A DNA stretch of 64,000 nt from Azolla caroliniana (taxonomy: Eukaryota > Plantae > Polypodiophyta), in NCBI GenBank assembly GCA_043228905.1, contig JBHGNT010000015.1:1922001-1986000 (forward strand), given 5' to 3'. This document shows, piece by piece, positions 38,301-51,900 of the stretch. The translations under genes were made by a program, and so were the position numbers. The notes beneath the pieces were generated by a model. The model made no database searches, was not told where the DNA came from, and saw nothing but the letters and a program-made list of their open reading frames with translations. Every line of letters starts with the position of its first letter. The first letter of the stretch is position 1.

Positions 38301-40849
38301 GCGAATTGGATAAGCCCACACCTTTCGAGTCGAATCGTCAATAAAAGTGACGAAGTAAGAGGCACCGCCTAGAGACTGATGCGGCATTGGGCCACAGACG
38401 TCCGAATGGACTAAATCGAGAGGTCTCGTTTCTCTTGGTGCTGATGTCGGGTGTGATGCGGCTGCTTGTTTGCCATACTGGCAATGCTCGCAGAATTGAT
38501 GGTCCAAGAAGGAGAGTTTGGGGATGTATCCGGCTCTAGATAGGTGCGTGATGCCAGCCTTGCTGAGGTGTCCTAATCTTCTGTGCCATAGTGATGACAC
38601 AGGAATATCCACCAAAAACAGGTTACCCTCTCTGAGCGTAACATGTAACGGATACAGTGAGTGTATCTTGGGTCCTCTAGCAAGCAGGAGGTTCCCCCTG
38701 TGGAGTGTCCACCCTCCCGAAGAAAAACCGGCACGAATGCCGTCTTCATCTAGTTGTCCGACTGAGATCAATGGCCTTGAGAGCTCGGGTACATGTCGGA
38801 CATTGTGGAGTACAAGTGTAGAGCCACCTGCAAGGTTGAGCTCTACTGTGCCGATTCCGATGATGTCACAGTGTTGTGAGTTGCCGACCCGAACTGAGTC
38901 GGAGTGACGGATCGTATATTGCCGAAATTGGGATCGATGAGGAGTCACGTGAAATGACGCACCCGAATCTAAGAGCCATGTGCTCGATTCTTCAGTCGTG
39001 AGTAGAACTTCTGATCCGACTGGATTTTCGATTGATAGTATATTCGGGTCGTCTGGTAGCACATCAGCTGAGAAGCTGACGTAATTGATCTCCTCATGCC
39101 GGCCACTCTTCTTGTTGTTCTTGTTCTTGAGTGCGCGGCAGTCGGCTTTGATATGTCCGGGTTTCTTGCAATAGTTGCAGATTCGGTTATCCCGTGACTG
39201 GCTCCGTCTTCGCTGATTGTTCGGCGGCCGTGAGGAATCTCTTCCTCGTATGTTCGATCGTTCTGTCGAACCTTGTACTACGTAAGCGTCGTCTGTTGAG
39301 TCTTTGGCGAAAGACTTTCTCCGAGCTGCTTCGGTCAGGATTGCACTCGTGACTTCGGAGTATTTAACAGCCGTGGTTGACGCGTTGCACACGGTTGTGA
39401 CGAAAGTTTCCCATGATGAGGGAAGGCTGCTCATGAGTATCATTGCTCTGAGTTCATCCTCGATTGCCGTCCCCTGTGACGAGATTTGGGAGCTTATGCT
39501 TTCGTACTCATTGAGGTGTGCTTGAACCGAATCGGATTCTTTCATCCGCAAGTTGTAGAGGCGCCGGATCAGAAACATCTTCGTTGCGGCGACCTTCTTT
39601 TCGTAAGTGTCCGACAGTGTTTTCCACAGTTCGAATGCTGTCGTACACGATTGCACCGTAAAGTATACCGATTCCGATAGGTGCATCCGAATCGTGGCGC
39701 GGACGATTCTGTCCAGCTTCTGCCACTCAATTGGTTTGTATCCTTCTGGAGGTTCTTCATTTTCGATGGGATCGATTTGCCCCTTGACTATGAGATAGTC
39801 CTGCATTTGTTCCTTCAAGAAGTTGAAGTTCGATCCATCGAACTTTCGTAGACTCATTTCTGACGAGCCGGATGTTGATGCCATCAAGTTCGGTTTTGGT
39901 TGACGAAGCTCGGTTCGGAGTTGACTACGAACCTTGTTGGAGTGCAGCCGGTTGGCTCACCCGATATCGTTCTAGTCGGATTTGAACCCGAGTCGGTTCG
40001 GCTTCGGAACTTGCTCGAATTGACTCCGGTAGCTTGAGGGACAGAACCGACTGGTCTTCCCGAGTGTTGCCGAGTCGGAGTGAGCCCGGTTCGCTTCGGA
40101 TATATATGCCGAATACCGATTATTGAAACCGATTATTTGGACCGATTCTGCTTCGGTTGACTGCAGCGACGAGAGAGATGGATCCAACTGATCCTCTCGA
40201 ATGTCGATCAGCCGGATGAAGCACGAATTGGGGTTGTTGTCTTGAGACCGATCTGCACCGAGTGGTTACAACGAGCGGCGTTTGATTACCTCTTCGGATG
40301 CCGTTTAACCGAATGGAGCACGATCGTGTCAAAGTTGCACAAGGGGATTTCACCTCGAGCGGTTACGATCACAAGGAACGGAGTACAACCTGCTGGCTTA
40401 CTCCAAGCAAAGATGATCTAACGCGATGAGATGCAAACCTGGTTTTTTTTTTCTTCTTCTTCTTCTCTCTTCTTCGAATGACGCAGGAAACCGAATGCTG
40501 AGACGACGGCCGACAGCGGATTGAAGGACCGACTACTGTGCAGGCTCTGATACCAGATGTTGGAGACAATGTCGTCTGTGCGGAAGATCAAGTAGCATTC
40601 GTTTGCTGTCCAGAATACCTGCGTATGACTGTTTGTATGTCGTTGCACAGAGAGAGAGAGAGAGAGAGACAAAGAGGCACAAAAGAACTTCTTATTTCAT
40701 AAAGCAATAATACAACAACCAACCTTACAAAAAGGTTACAAGGTCACTATATATAGTGACCGACTTAGGGCAACTACCCTTTATGCTAATTACATAAATG
40801 GCCAAAACGGGATAGTGTGAATACGTCCATTATACACATGTATTCGACA
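35384..40849 (-). mobile_element. Full-length, very young Ty1/copia LTR retrotransposon (5466 bp)
   Basis: TG...CA LTRs 35384-35677 and 40558-40849 are identical by eye except (AG)11 vs (AG)10. TSD GAGAA (35379-35383 and 40850-40854). iMet PBS TGGTATCAGAGC at 40544-40555. PPT GGGGGAG at 35678-35684. Confidence 0.97.
35871..39887 (-). pseudogene. Copia gag-pol polyprotein (gag, CCHC, protease, integrase, RT, RNase H) split by a single in-frame TGA
   Basis: ORFs 37398..39887 and 35871..37388 are in the same frame, joined by TGA-CAT-CTG-GCG. Motifs CNYCKKPGHIKADC, WLLDSGAS, LWHRRLGH, RTDNGGEF, YVDDML and KHIDVRYHF. Confidence 0.93.
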
Positions 40850-41827
40850 GAGAATATTCCCCTCGCACATTCTACGATACCACTTGCATTTAACACCTTT
40901 AGTAACAATTTGTTCTTTATGAGCAAGTGTATGCATAAATGTACTGATTGCTTGTTCAAGAACTGCATAACGATTTCCATGTACTACATTCGCTCGACCA
41001 ATCATAGAATTTTGTTGTCTAGCTCCACAAGTACAAAGCTTTGTCTAACCCTTCCTGAAGAATTGAATTGTAACGGGTTAGAGAATCTCTAATTTCACAC
41101 TCGTTTCTGCTAAGGATTTTTCCTAAGGCCCTCATTCATTCTCCAATTAACTTTCGGTAATGCCTTGCCATTAGCACTTTTTGTGTCCCTTTGCATAGCA
41201 ATACCCTTCCCTTTTATCTTGTACTTCACTTTATGCACTCTTGATCTTCAATGTCTGGTTCTACACTAGTACATAGTACATACTCTATAATCCCACAATT
41301 ATCCTCCCAACACCTTCAACATGATCATGAACTTTAGAATCTCAGTCTAACCCATGAGTTGTTTCGTCATCTATGACCATATCAACTATTGATATGACAA
41401 TATTCTTCTTAACATCTTCTTTATTTTTTTCTCCAACATAATATATTGTGAATGGTTCATCATCATATTGGCATTCAACCATAAAAATGCCCCAATGGTC
41501 CGCATTTAAAACAATGTCCTACAAAAGTCTACCAGTGAAGCTTAAAACAAAATCAACCAAATCGAGATGTAGCTTTACTCAACCATCTTCGAAGTTTACA
41601 ACTTGTATCCCATAACATGCAAAATCTACATTTTTTTCAAGGAATTAGCACGAGGAGCAACCATAACTTTACCAATTTGAGACACCAATTCTAGTAGCGA
41701 TTCCCAAAAGAATGAGTCGCTACAATATACAATCATCCAATTTGGTAATTTTTGTTTCAATAATTCTTTATAATCAACCACAAGTACTCATAGCATGCAC
41801 TAATCTTCTGTAAAAAAAGATTGATAC

Positions 41828-42581
41828 TGTGAAAGTGTTTTTAGAATTCAAGCCATTGAACGTTATAAGAATTTAAGGTATGGAGCATCACATTTGGAGG
41901 CAAAGAACACGAACCAATATCTTAAGAAGAAGTCAAAAGTAAAAGTAAGATACATAGAGAAAAGTAAAAAGAGAAAAAATGGGCCATAAAAAATAGTAAA
42001 AAAGGAATGGTCATAACTCTTTTGTTTGAAACCCAAATATCATGTTTAACTATGGGTTAGAAAACTTGTAAAGAGAGATATCCCTAGCTTTTTAAATCTC
42101 TAAATTTGGAGCTCGGATGAGGGAGATATGAGGATTAGAAGGTCGATGGGTCTTAGCTAAAAATAGAAGATAAAAAGCTTCTAAAAATAGCGTGAACGAG
42201 GAAGAAGAAGAAAATTATAAAAGAGGAAGTGATAGTCTTAGAAGGGGGTCCTAATAGAGGAGGAGGAGGCTTGGGAAGAGGTGTCTTAGTGGAAGAGGAA
42301 GGGTCTTAGTAGTGGGTTTGAGTGATTGGAAGTAAGAAGGTCTTTGGTTTTTTAGTTCAATGTGGAGTTTATCTCCTTTGTATGGTCTTGATAATTGAAT
42401 ATTATAACATTCTTACCCCTTTCTCATCTTCTCTATCTTTTGTGTTAATTTCTTGAGCCTCCCTCTCTAATTCGTAGTTACCTTGGTCGTTATAATCTAT
42501 TTTAATTCACAACTCTCTCTAATTTGCTTGGTCGAGCCCTCATTTTGTGTACGACAATCCTTTGTCTTATACACCCTATCA
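41828..42581. mobile_element. Solo LTR (754 bp) with target-site duplication
   Basis: TG at 41828 and CA at 42580-42581, flanked by GATAC on both sides (41823-41827 and 42582-42586). Interior has a TATA-like TATAAAAG and purine-rich LTR-type sequence. Confidence 0.75.
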
Positions 42582-42852
42582 GATACCTTTGCCATCAAAG
42601 CAATATGGTGTTATGACGATTGAAAAACCACACCATAGAAACCTCTTGGACCTGCATACACATCCTCAACACAATTAGGCATTATGAATGAATTCAACCA
42701 CTACTTAATCCATGACATGAAACAAAGTTTATCAGTGAAATACAAAATAACACCGTGACCATAAAATCAATCAAAAGTACCACCTCCACAACATCCTCTT
42801 CTACACAATCCTTAACATCTTTCTCAATTTTTTTCATAAAATCAGAAAGCAA

Positions 42853-43645
42853 AGCATTAACAAAATCACAACGATTGCCAACATTATAATCATCCCCAAT
42901 TACATATTTCTCACTGATAATTGCAACATATGATGTTTTCTCATAATTTGCAGAATCGAACACATCCATCGACAAACATCAGCTTGCATTAACAAAATCA
43001 CAACAATTGTCAACATTATAATCATCCCCAATTATATCTTTCTCACCAATAATTGCAACATATGATGTTTTCTCATAATTTGCAGAATCGAACACATCCA
43101 TCGGCAAACATCAACTCGCTTCCTGTTGTCGTGTCAGACATGCATAATAAAATATTGAGAGAACAAACATGTTCAAAACGATGACAATTTTCCCTGTAAC
43201 TTCTTGTAATGAACACGAAACTTCAAGTGTAAATAGTCATCGGAAAGCTCTCGGAACGAGCTTCGTAAGGAGCGGAAAAAACCACAAGAAAGAAACTCAA
43301 TAAATCACAGAGAAACACAAAAGATTGAGAGAACAAACGTGAAACGATGACAATTTTCCATGTAACTTCTTGTAACGAACACGAAACTTCAAATGCAAAT
43401 AGTCATCGGAAAGCTCTTGGAACGAGCTTCGCAAGGAGCGGAAAAATCACAAGAAAGAAACTCAATAAATCACAGAGAAACACAAAAGATTGAGAGAACA
43501 AATGTGAAACGATGACAATTTTCCCTGTAACTTCATGTAACGAACATGAAACTTCAAGTGCAAATAGTCATCGGAAAGCTCTCGAAACGAGCTTCGCAAG
43601 GAGCGGAAAAATTCACAAGAAAGAAAGTCAATAAATCACAGAGAA
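42853..43645. repeat. Two tandem arrays (~132 bp x2 and ~165-171 bp x3) immediately upstream of the reticulon gene
   Basis: GCATTAACAAAATCACAAC at ~42854 and ~42986. ATTGAGAGAACAAA at 43153, 43324 and 43489. Confidence 0.9.
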
Positions 43646-43723
43646 ACGGATTTCTCAGTGCAAAGTTACATTAGAAATATCATTTTGACACTTCTATTGG
43701 AACGCCATAGCTCTCTTTTTTTC

Positions 43724-43764
<41 letters not shown>

Positions 43765-43789
43765 GAAGGACGCCATTTTGGTTCCGTCA

Positions 43790-46122
43790 ATGGCTTCTTC
43801 CGATGATTCGACTGCTGCTCTCCCAGACGCCATCGCCACTACTGCAGAGAAGCTCCCCGATCTTCCTCTTCTTCCTCCTCCTCCTCCCGCTTCATCAAAC
43901 TCTGTTTCTGAAGCAAGTCTTCGTCGTCGATCTCGCCTGTTCAACAGAGAGAGAACCGTTCATCAGCTCCTCGGCGGTGGGAAAAGTAAGCTTCTATCCT
44001 TCTCATTTCGACGGTTTCCTTTGCTTCTGCTGCAACATCGCATTGCAATGTCATCTTCCCTGTGCGTTTTTGCACTCTTTCTGAACAGATTTGGTGAAAA
44101 ACGAGGATATTTTGTATCAAATGATGCTTTCGGACGAAAGCAACATTTTTTTTTGTCGTTTGTTTATCATCGTGCTCATGGTATCCATTGCTTCTTCTAA
44201 CACTTGATTGCTATGCAGTGTGCATTTTGCTCTTCGTTTGATCAGATTTGCTGAAATTGATCGTATTTTGCATTAAACGATATGTTTCTCCTTCCATTTT
44301 GCCGTTAGATTCGATATTTCAGGCTGTAAGTTCCCATCCTGTTCATTTCATACTCTCCATGTATTCACGTTCTCATCTAAATGCTATACAGCGTGCATTT
44401 GCACTTCTTTCTATGAGATTCATTAGACATTGATGATGTATTTTTTCGTCAAAGCATATTCATCCTTCCATTTTTCTCTGCTGTTATGGAGAGCGTAACA
44501 TTTTATTGCTTTTTTGTGCATCTCCCGCTTTTCATGGCTTCTTCTAACATCTTGTTGCTACACGTTGTGACTTTTCCCTTCTTTTTATCAGACTAATGAA
44601 AAACGATGGTGTTTGGCAGCGACACAGCGCATATATTTATCCTTCCTTCCGCAGCTTTGTTTTGATATTGTGAAGAAAAACATTTCTTTACTGTATATGT
44701 ATTGTTATATTAAGGTTTATTTTCTCACAACTTACTTTTGTCATTTCTTTCTGTCAAATTATTGGAAACTTGATGGATTTTTTGACTTGATTGATGCGAA
44801 ATTTGTGTTGAATATAACATTTATTCACTGTATATTACCATACTTCCCACGTGATTGCTAAAAAGTGTGCATAAGGTAGTCTTCCTAAACTTGATAGCAT
44901 TTTGTATGTTGATGCATCAAAGCATGTTTCAGCTGTTGATATGATGTTGTGAAGAAAACCATTTCCTTACTGTATATATTCTCATCCTTCATTGCAACAA
45001 GAACTTGATTCTCAGCTCCATCAGAACTTGGTATTTTGCATCTTGATGCATCAAATCATATCTTTCTCATCCTCTCTCCTTCCTTTTTGAAGATGCTGCT
45101 ATGTTATTATGGAGAGGAAAACATTTATTACTGCATATATTCTCATCTTTTCTAGTGTGATTGTGCCTTTGCACCAAATTTTTCGTACTTATCAAAACAT
45201 ATGCTATTTAATACTTTTATGCATATCTTTCTCATCCCCTCCTTCCTTTTCACAGCTGCCAATGTGATATTATGGAGAGAGAAGTATATTTCTGCTGGAA
45301 TACTTATTAGCTCCACCTTGGCCTGGATTCTTCTGGAACATTCTGGATACACTCTGCTTTCCATTATTTCAAATGTACTCTTATTACTGATTCTTACATT
45401 CTTTGTATGGGCCAATGCAGCGAATTTAATTCACAAGTAAGCTTCTATTCGTAAAAAATTAATGGTTCTGATTTTTATTTTCATGTTTTCATGTTTATCT
45501 TGTGTGGTAGGTCATTGTTCCTTTTATTGAGGCTTCCAGTTTTGCATTTCCAGGTCGCCTCCTCGTATCCCAGAGTTACATCTATCAGAAGACATGGTGG
45601 TCAATTTTGCGTCATCTTTGAGACTGGAGATCAACAAAGCTTTGGCTGTAGCACATGACATAGCTTTAGGAAAGGATCTTAAGGTGTTCTTAAAGGTAAA
45701 AATGTCTGTTCCTCAATCTTTATTGGAATTCATCAGTTTCTCAACCTTTATTTGAAGGGATGGAAGTGATTTGTGAATTGTGTTTTGATTTTAGGTAGTT
45801 GCTGTTTTATGGGGACTCTCTACTGTTGGTGGATGGTTCCACATCTTAACACTGATCTACATCTGTAAGTACATCTCATTTATCTGGTTATAGTTTATTA
45901 TCTGTTGCACTTTCTGAACTGGGGTTTTGAATATATGTGAAATACAATGCAGGCATAGTGCTTTCTCATACCATCCCAGTTATCTATGAAAGATATGAAG
46001 AGCAAATTGATACACATGCCAAAGTAGCCGTGGATGAGGCTCTAAAGCATTATCAAACTGTGAGTGATATAGTGGCAAAGAAAATCTCAAAAACAGGCTT
46101 CAAAGAGATAAAAACTCAGTAG
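43790..46122 (+). CDS. RTNLB: Reticulon-like protein (RTNLB family), 5 exons
   Basis: Exons 43790-43985, 45256-45436, 45554-45695, 45795-45864, 45953-46122 (GT-AG). Motifs RLFNRERTVHQLLGGGKTANVILWR, SPPRIPELHL, GKDLKVFLKV and HTIPVIYERYEEQID. Confidence 0.93.
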
Positions 46123-48980
46123 AATATGATTGTTTAAAGACAAGTAGGCATCTATTGGCTTCAGAGCATGTATATGTATAGTTTATTCAGCAGCAACATT
46201 CACATTGTGTACACTGCTTATGTTATATTATTTGAAGCCTTACAGTTCTGATACATGCATATATTTAAGAGGTGCCTACATACATGCTTCTAATGATTTT
46301 ATTTGACTCAAAGTGTACACTGCTTATGTTATATTATTTGAAGCCTTACAGTTCTGATACATGCATATATTTAAGAGATGCCTACATACATGCTTCTAAT
46401 GATTTTATTTTACTGGAATCTTTGGCCATATGATGCAAGTGATAAAAGATCAGAAGTCTATAATTGGAAAAGTGATAAGTTCTAATCAGCCTAATTCTAG
46501 TTTTAGGTGTTAAGCTGTAGCTCAACTAACTGGTAGTCTCACCGCACTCACCTCACCTCTCAATGAATTTATTTGCATCATAGGACAGTGCGAGATGGCT
46601 CTTCACAAAAGTATAGAGTGGTCTGTAATGCAAGACCTGGTTTCTATCATCACATGATGGTAACAATCGCCGTATCTAATCATGTTGAGGGAATTGCTCA
46701 GATTGGACACCATTGACTAGCATAAAAATCAAAGGTCATACCACTTGCTATATTATCTTATGCCTGATGTGACATAAATTACTGTTGCTTTAATAAATTT
46801 CATTAAGCTATCAGTTCTCAATTATCGTTTTCAAGATCTGTGGTATGATGCCCACAAAGCTATAACTAATTCATGTAGGTTATGGTACTACAATATATTG
46901 CTATTCCATGAATGTGTCTATAGCCATAGCCTATGAGACTTATTTCATAAGAAAATGTATGAACTGTTCATGCATGATACATTGCTTTATTTCAAAGTTT
47001 CTCATCATGCGCAATCTCTCCTTCCAATAACGGACTACAGATGAGCAGTACGTTTCATACAGCATACCCAATTGTTTTGTATGTGATAATCAACTGTCTC
47101 TGTGCCAAGCTATCTCCGTTTGAACCACTCCTGTTGAATTATAGTAGCTAGCTTATGTTGTATGTTGGCTTATCCATAATATCCTTTCATTTCTAGGAAA
47201 CCGCATGTAATCTTTTTGCATGTGTAGGGACAGGAGTATTCATTGAAATCATGTTTGTTCTGAATCTTACCGTTTGTATGTGTAATACTCTGCAAGATCA
47301 TTACTTGTCTTGTATGTGTGAGGTCATTAGATGTGGATCTGGCATTTGCATGCATAGACATGACACTGATTCCATGCCACAAACTCCCCCAGAAAATCTT
47401 GTGATTAGTGTTTGATTGCATGTCACATCCCATCTCCGTATCTTCTTGTCAATCAAGGTACTGATGGCATTGCATTTACATTATCACTTTATGATTGGCA
47501 GTGCAGGATAAGTAGATAAAAGAGGGTTCAGGGTTTAAATATAGCTAGACAGTTTGATGTACAATTGATAAATGGTTCCAGGATACCAATCTAAGCATCC
47601 TATGGATCATGCTTAAAAAAGTTTAAAGGCAAACATGTGTAGTTGAAACAAAGGAGATTGTTTCAACAAATTTGTCAAATTGAATTTATGACTGGTATTA
47701 ATAAAGCATTCGTTCATATGACATTTCTTTTTCTTTTGTATGAGCCTCAATTTCATCAATGAGGAGAGGCAACCTTTTCCCATTGTATTTTTAGTTCCCA
47801 CAACTCAATCAAAGTTCATCTATCATTGCAAAGTGATCAACCTTCTTTGTGACGTGAGGTTCTTTCTTTGTTGGGAGATGTTTTGGTATTGAATTTCACC
47901 TCATAATTTTACCACGTACTCTACATGAGTAAACATTCAAGATTCTTTGTCATACATCCTTGTAATAGTTTAGGGATTGTAGATCAATCAGTGATCATTT
48001 CAACAAGAATATGATTGCAATACCAGCCCTAAATTGCTAAATCGAAAGGATTTTATTGCTGTAAAGATTTCACAAATCCTAGTCTTTCATATGATAAGAG
48101 TAAGTTTTAGGGTTTGCTATCTATAATATGTTTTGCAACAATATCAGATCAAATTCACAGCATTTGGCTAACATAACTAGGTTTTCTTTCTTTGACTTAG
48201 AAATGCATTTGGACTAAAAAGGTATGGTGCTGGGGTACAGAAACATTCACCTGAAAGTACTTTAAAAAAATATTTGCAGTGAACATTTGAAGAAAAAGCC
48301 ATCGTCTTCGTTAAGTCACATCATGGACATCAAGCATGAAGCAGTTCATGTATACAACAATCGTAAGGACCAATTATCGAGGCTAACAAAGTAGTGGAAC
48401 AGCATAGTTACAAGGTAAGAAACAAATATGAGATGTAAGCAAACCTTATAGTATTACTATCTTATTAAGTAGCTGAAGTGTAAATATAGTTTATTGTATC
48501 TACTCACTTATACTAATGAGTGGTTAAATCCATGTAAACATAACTTATATAAATACTCTCCACATATAGCGGAGTGTCATATTAATATTTATACTTTCAC
48601 TTTCATTTCATGTATTGGTAAGGGAATGAATTACGATTAACCTTCCATGGAAGGGAATGAATTATGATTAATCTTCTACTGTCTACCATACAGAAAAGGG
48701 CTAACAAATTTTACATGCAACACAGTTCAGGCCAGACTCTTTGCATTTTTTTCCCATGATCTGCCCTTTTATCTGCTGACAATGATAACTATGTGCACAA
48801 TATATTTAACTTGTATTACACCCAATGCTATTTTATGGCACTTTTGGGATGTACATCAAGATGTGTATAGATTGGTCCAAAAGTCCGAACCATCAACTTC
48901 CAAATCCAAACCCATCCTTGTAAGTTCTTCTGTTTGAATAAAGTGTTTCACGTGCATTGTCAAAAAATAACAGTATACAA

Positions 48981-51900
48981 TCATACCTCCAAAACTCTGA
49001 CCTTTTCACTTACTACTGGCCTAGGTCCATTCCATAATTCCTGGAGTTCATTTCTTACCCAGGCAGAAAGCATTACAGGCCCTAATGTTGAAGGAACCTG
49101 TTGAAGCAGAGAAATGCAAAGAAAGTGTATCATTACGGGAATAATAGCTAATAAATGCCAAGAAAAAGAGCATGCTTCTTTTATAATTGATGCCACTGAT
49201 TATTGCAACTAAAAGTCAAAGAGAGATTTATAATAGCTAATAAATGCCAAGAAAAAGAGCATGCTTCACTTATAATTGATGCCACTGATTATTGCAACTA
49301 ATAAATATCCTTTTGGGACAATATATACCAAAATAACTTTTACCTGGGTGGCTGGAGAAAGTTTAATTGATTGCTATAATCCCTCCTATTACTTTAAGAC
49401 ATGGTAGTATCAGAGGATTGGTCAACAGGATCATTGATTTTTAAGTTTTTACAATGGGATGATATGTTCACCAATTTTCATGTGGTGGCTTACAGACTTA
49501 GAGGTGAGATACTGTGGCAAAATATCGAGCCATTTTAAGAGAAATGGTTCGATAAAGTTTGTTGAGGAGACCAAAAACTCAACAATATAAATTTTGGCCA
49601 AGGAAAGAAGATGACCAAGCCAAACTACTTCAAAAAAGTTAGCCTCCTCTACTCCGTGTACTGGATCAATTCTTAATATTTTCATTTTCCGCTGTCTACT
49701 ATCTTAGGAAATACAGTGTGAGCATATCTTCCTCAAATAAGAATGCCAAAATATGAGTGCCTAATCATAGCTGTCATTGCATGACAAAGGTACTAGGAAC
49801 ATGATCAGGCACACACTTCCAATACTTGGGTAGCTTAATCACCTCAACACAGGTGCAGATCCAACCTACCTGATAATAAAGTCAGAAAGAAGCCTGAGGA
49901 TCTTGCCCTGGATAAGCCAGAAGCATTAGGTGCAAAAAGAACTATTTGTAAATGGTCTCCCTTCCATGTCTGGAAAAGGAAATCTCTACATGCATGTTCT
50001 CCACCATCATGATTCATAAGACCAAACAGGCGTTCACTGTCACAATTAAACATCACTGAAAAGATTGTTGGATGTGATGAATGAATTAGCGTGAAACGGA
50101 TCATGATTCGTGAATCATTGTGTTCAGATCAAGTATCCGCTTGAACAAGAGATGAAAATCACAGCAACAGGGGCAAAAGTTTACTGTGCGTATATTTTTG
50201 ACCATTCAGTTTTCAAGACATGTGACAATAGATATGAAGAGAAAAGTTGGAAATAAATCATGTGCCAGGCAACTTTAAGAAAAATATGGAAGTCCAAATT
50301 TCAATGAAAAATTCACAAATTTTGGATGACAGTGTTGTACAAATATCAACTATTACAAATGCTACCGTTAGATAGAATAATCAGGCACTATGTTTGCTAT
50401 TAAATAATTGATTTCACACAAAGTAAAACAAGGATGAAAGACATTATTGGGCATATGCTACATGCATAACCATAATTGAGCATCAGATAGGTTTTCCATA
50501 GTTTTCCATAATCTTATGATGAGTACATGCGGGTTAATTCTGAAAGGAATGAGGGTATGATATACAATATTCAATTCTACAGTGTGGGATAACTATTAAG
50601 CGTGTTATCACTTGACCACTTGGCATAAAGTAGTCAAGAGTGAACACACTAGGGCCTAGGGTTTTTACCTATATAAGAAGGCTAGCTACCTTCTTATCAA
50701 GGAGGCTTAACTTATGTTGAGACTACGATAGTGTGGCTACGGCTCTTGTTAGCTAAGCGTGTGTGATCCTTGCGGGACCCAAGGTACGACTCACATCAAC
50801 CCTCGATGGTATGGGACATCAAGGAAGTTTAGGTCCATCTCACACCATTGCTAGGGGGTGATCGGGTGGTTTGGCATCCCTCTTTTGTTCTATAATTCCT
50901 TATGTTTTGCTTACTTAATTAGTTAGACTCTAACAACATAGGTCATTTTCCTATTCTAATTTTCCACAATAGGATATGTATACATGACACACAACACACT
51001 CTGCCATAGAGCTCGTTACTCTATTAAGCCTTGCTGTTCGTCAACCTAATTTATGTGAATAAAAAATGATTCGTCACTTACAATTCTTATTTGGTCACAA
51101 AGGAATGGGAATATCACGTGGTCTAGAAAAGGGCATGGCACAAATAATGCAAATATTGCAAAAGACTAAGCATTTGTAAAGTTCATGGTGCTTACCAGAG
51201 GAAAATATCTTCTCAATTACGTAAGAGGATAAATTTGTGCAAGATTATGGAGTTCCGGAACATGAACATGGTAAAAAATAAATGCATTTCTAATCATCTT
51301 AAGTCAAAAATACCGATACTCTTTGAAGAACACAGTTGCCTATTCCAATGGTCTGAACCACAATGAGAGGCACCCCAACTACGGATCAACAATGAGGCAG
51401 CAGACCTCTTGATTAAGTAAGGTGCTTTTTTCAAGATTTGGATATATTCCATAAGGTTTTCTCCCATTGAATACATACATACATATGCAGCTTTTTCAAC
51501 TTCAAATAAGTTTATGATTCTTGGAAATCTCGTGACATACCAGATAAAGTAAGGCTGGTTGGGGAGAATGGGTTAGCACTCCTGCCGAAAGGGCAGCTAT
51601 AAGACCAGTAAAATAGCCCCATGTTGCAAATCGGATGTATTTCTGCCCTTTGAACAAATTCGTCAAATCATTACATAAATCCTTGTTTTTGCGATTGTCG
51701 AAACAGAGCACAAGCGCCATGAGCATACCGGGGACAGCCTGCATCGAGAAAGAGATTAATGACAAGTAGAGTTTAAAAACAGTAAGTTTCCTTGCAAACA
51801 AACTCTCAGACTTGGTGAAAGCGATCTCAATCGGTATGGTCTATAAATGTCAAGAGAAGACTTTGTTTTGGCAAACACTTCTACATGTAAAACCAAAAAG

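Noticed and set aside
41250-41560. Possible Ulp1-type protease remnant (HW and NCG motifs) on the minus strand
   Set aside because: The motifs are in different frames, very short, and not supported by the surrounding sequence.
47523-47536. AGGGTTCAGGGTTT, a possible third telomeric insertion
   Set aside because: Only two units, one of them variant. Expected by chance.
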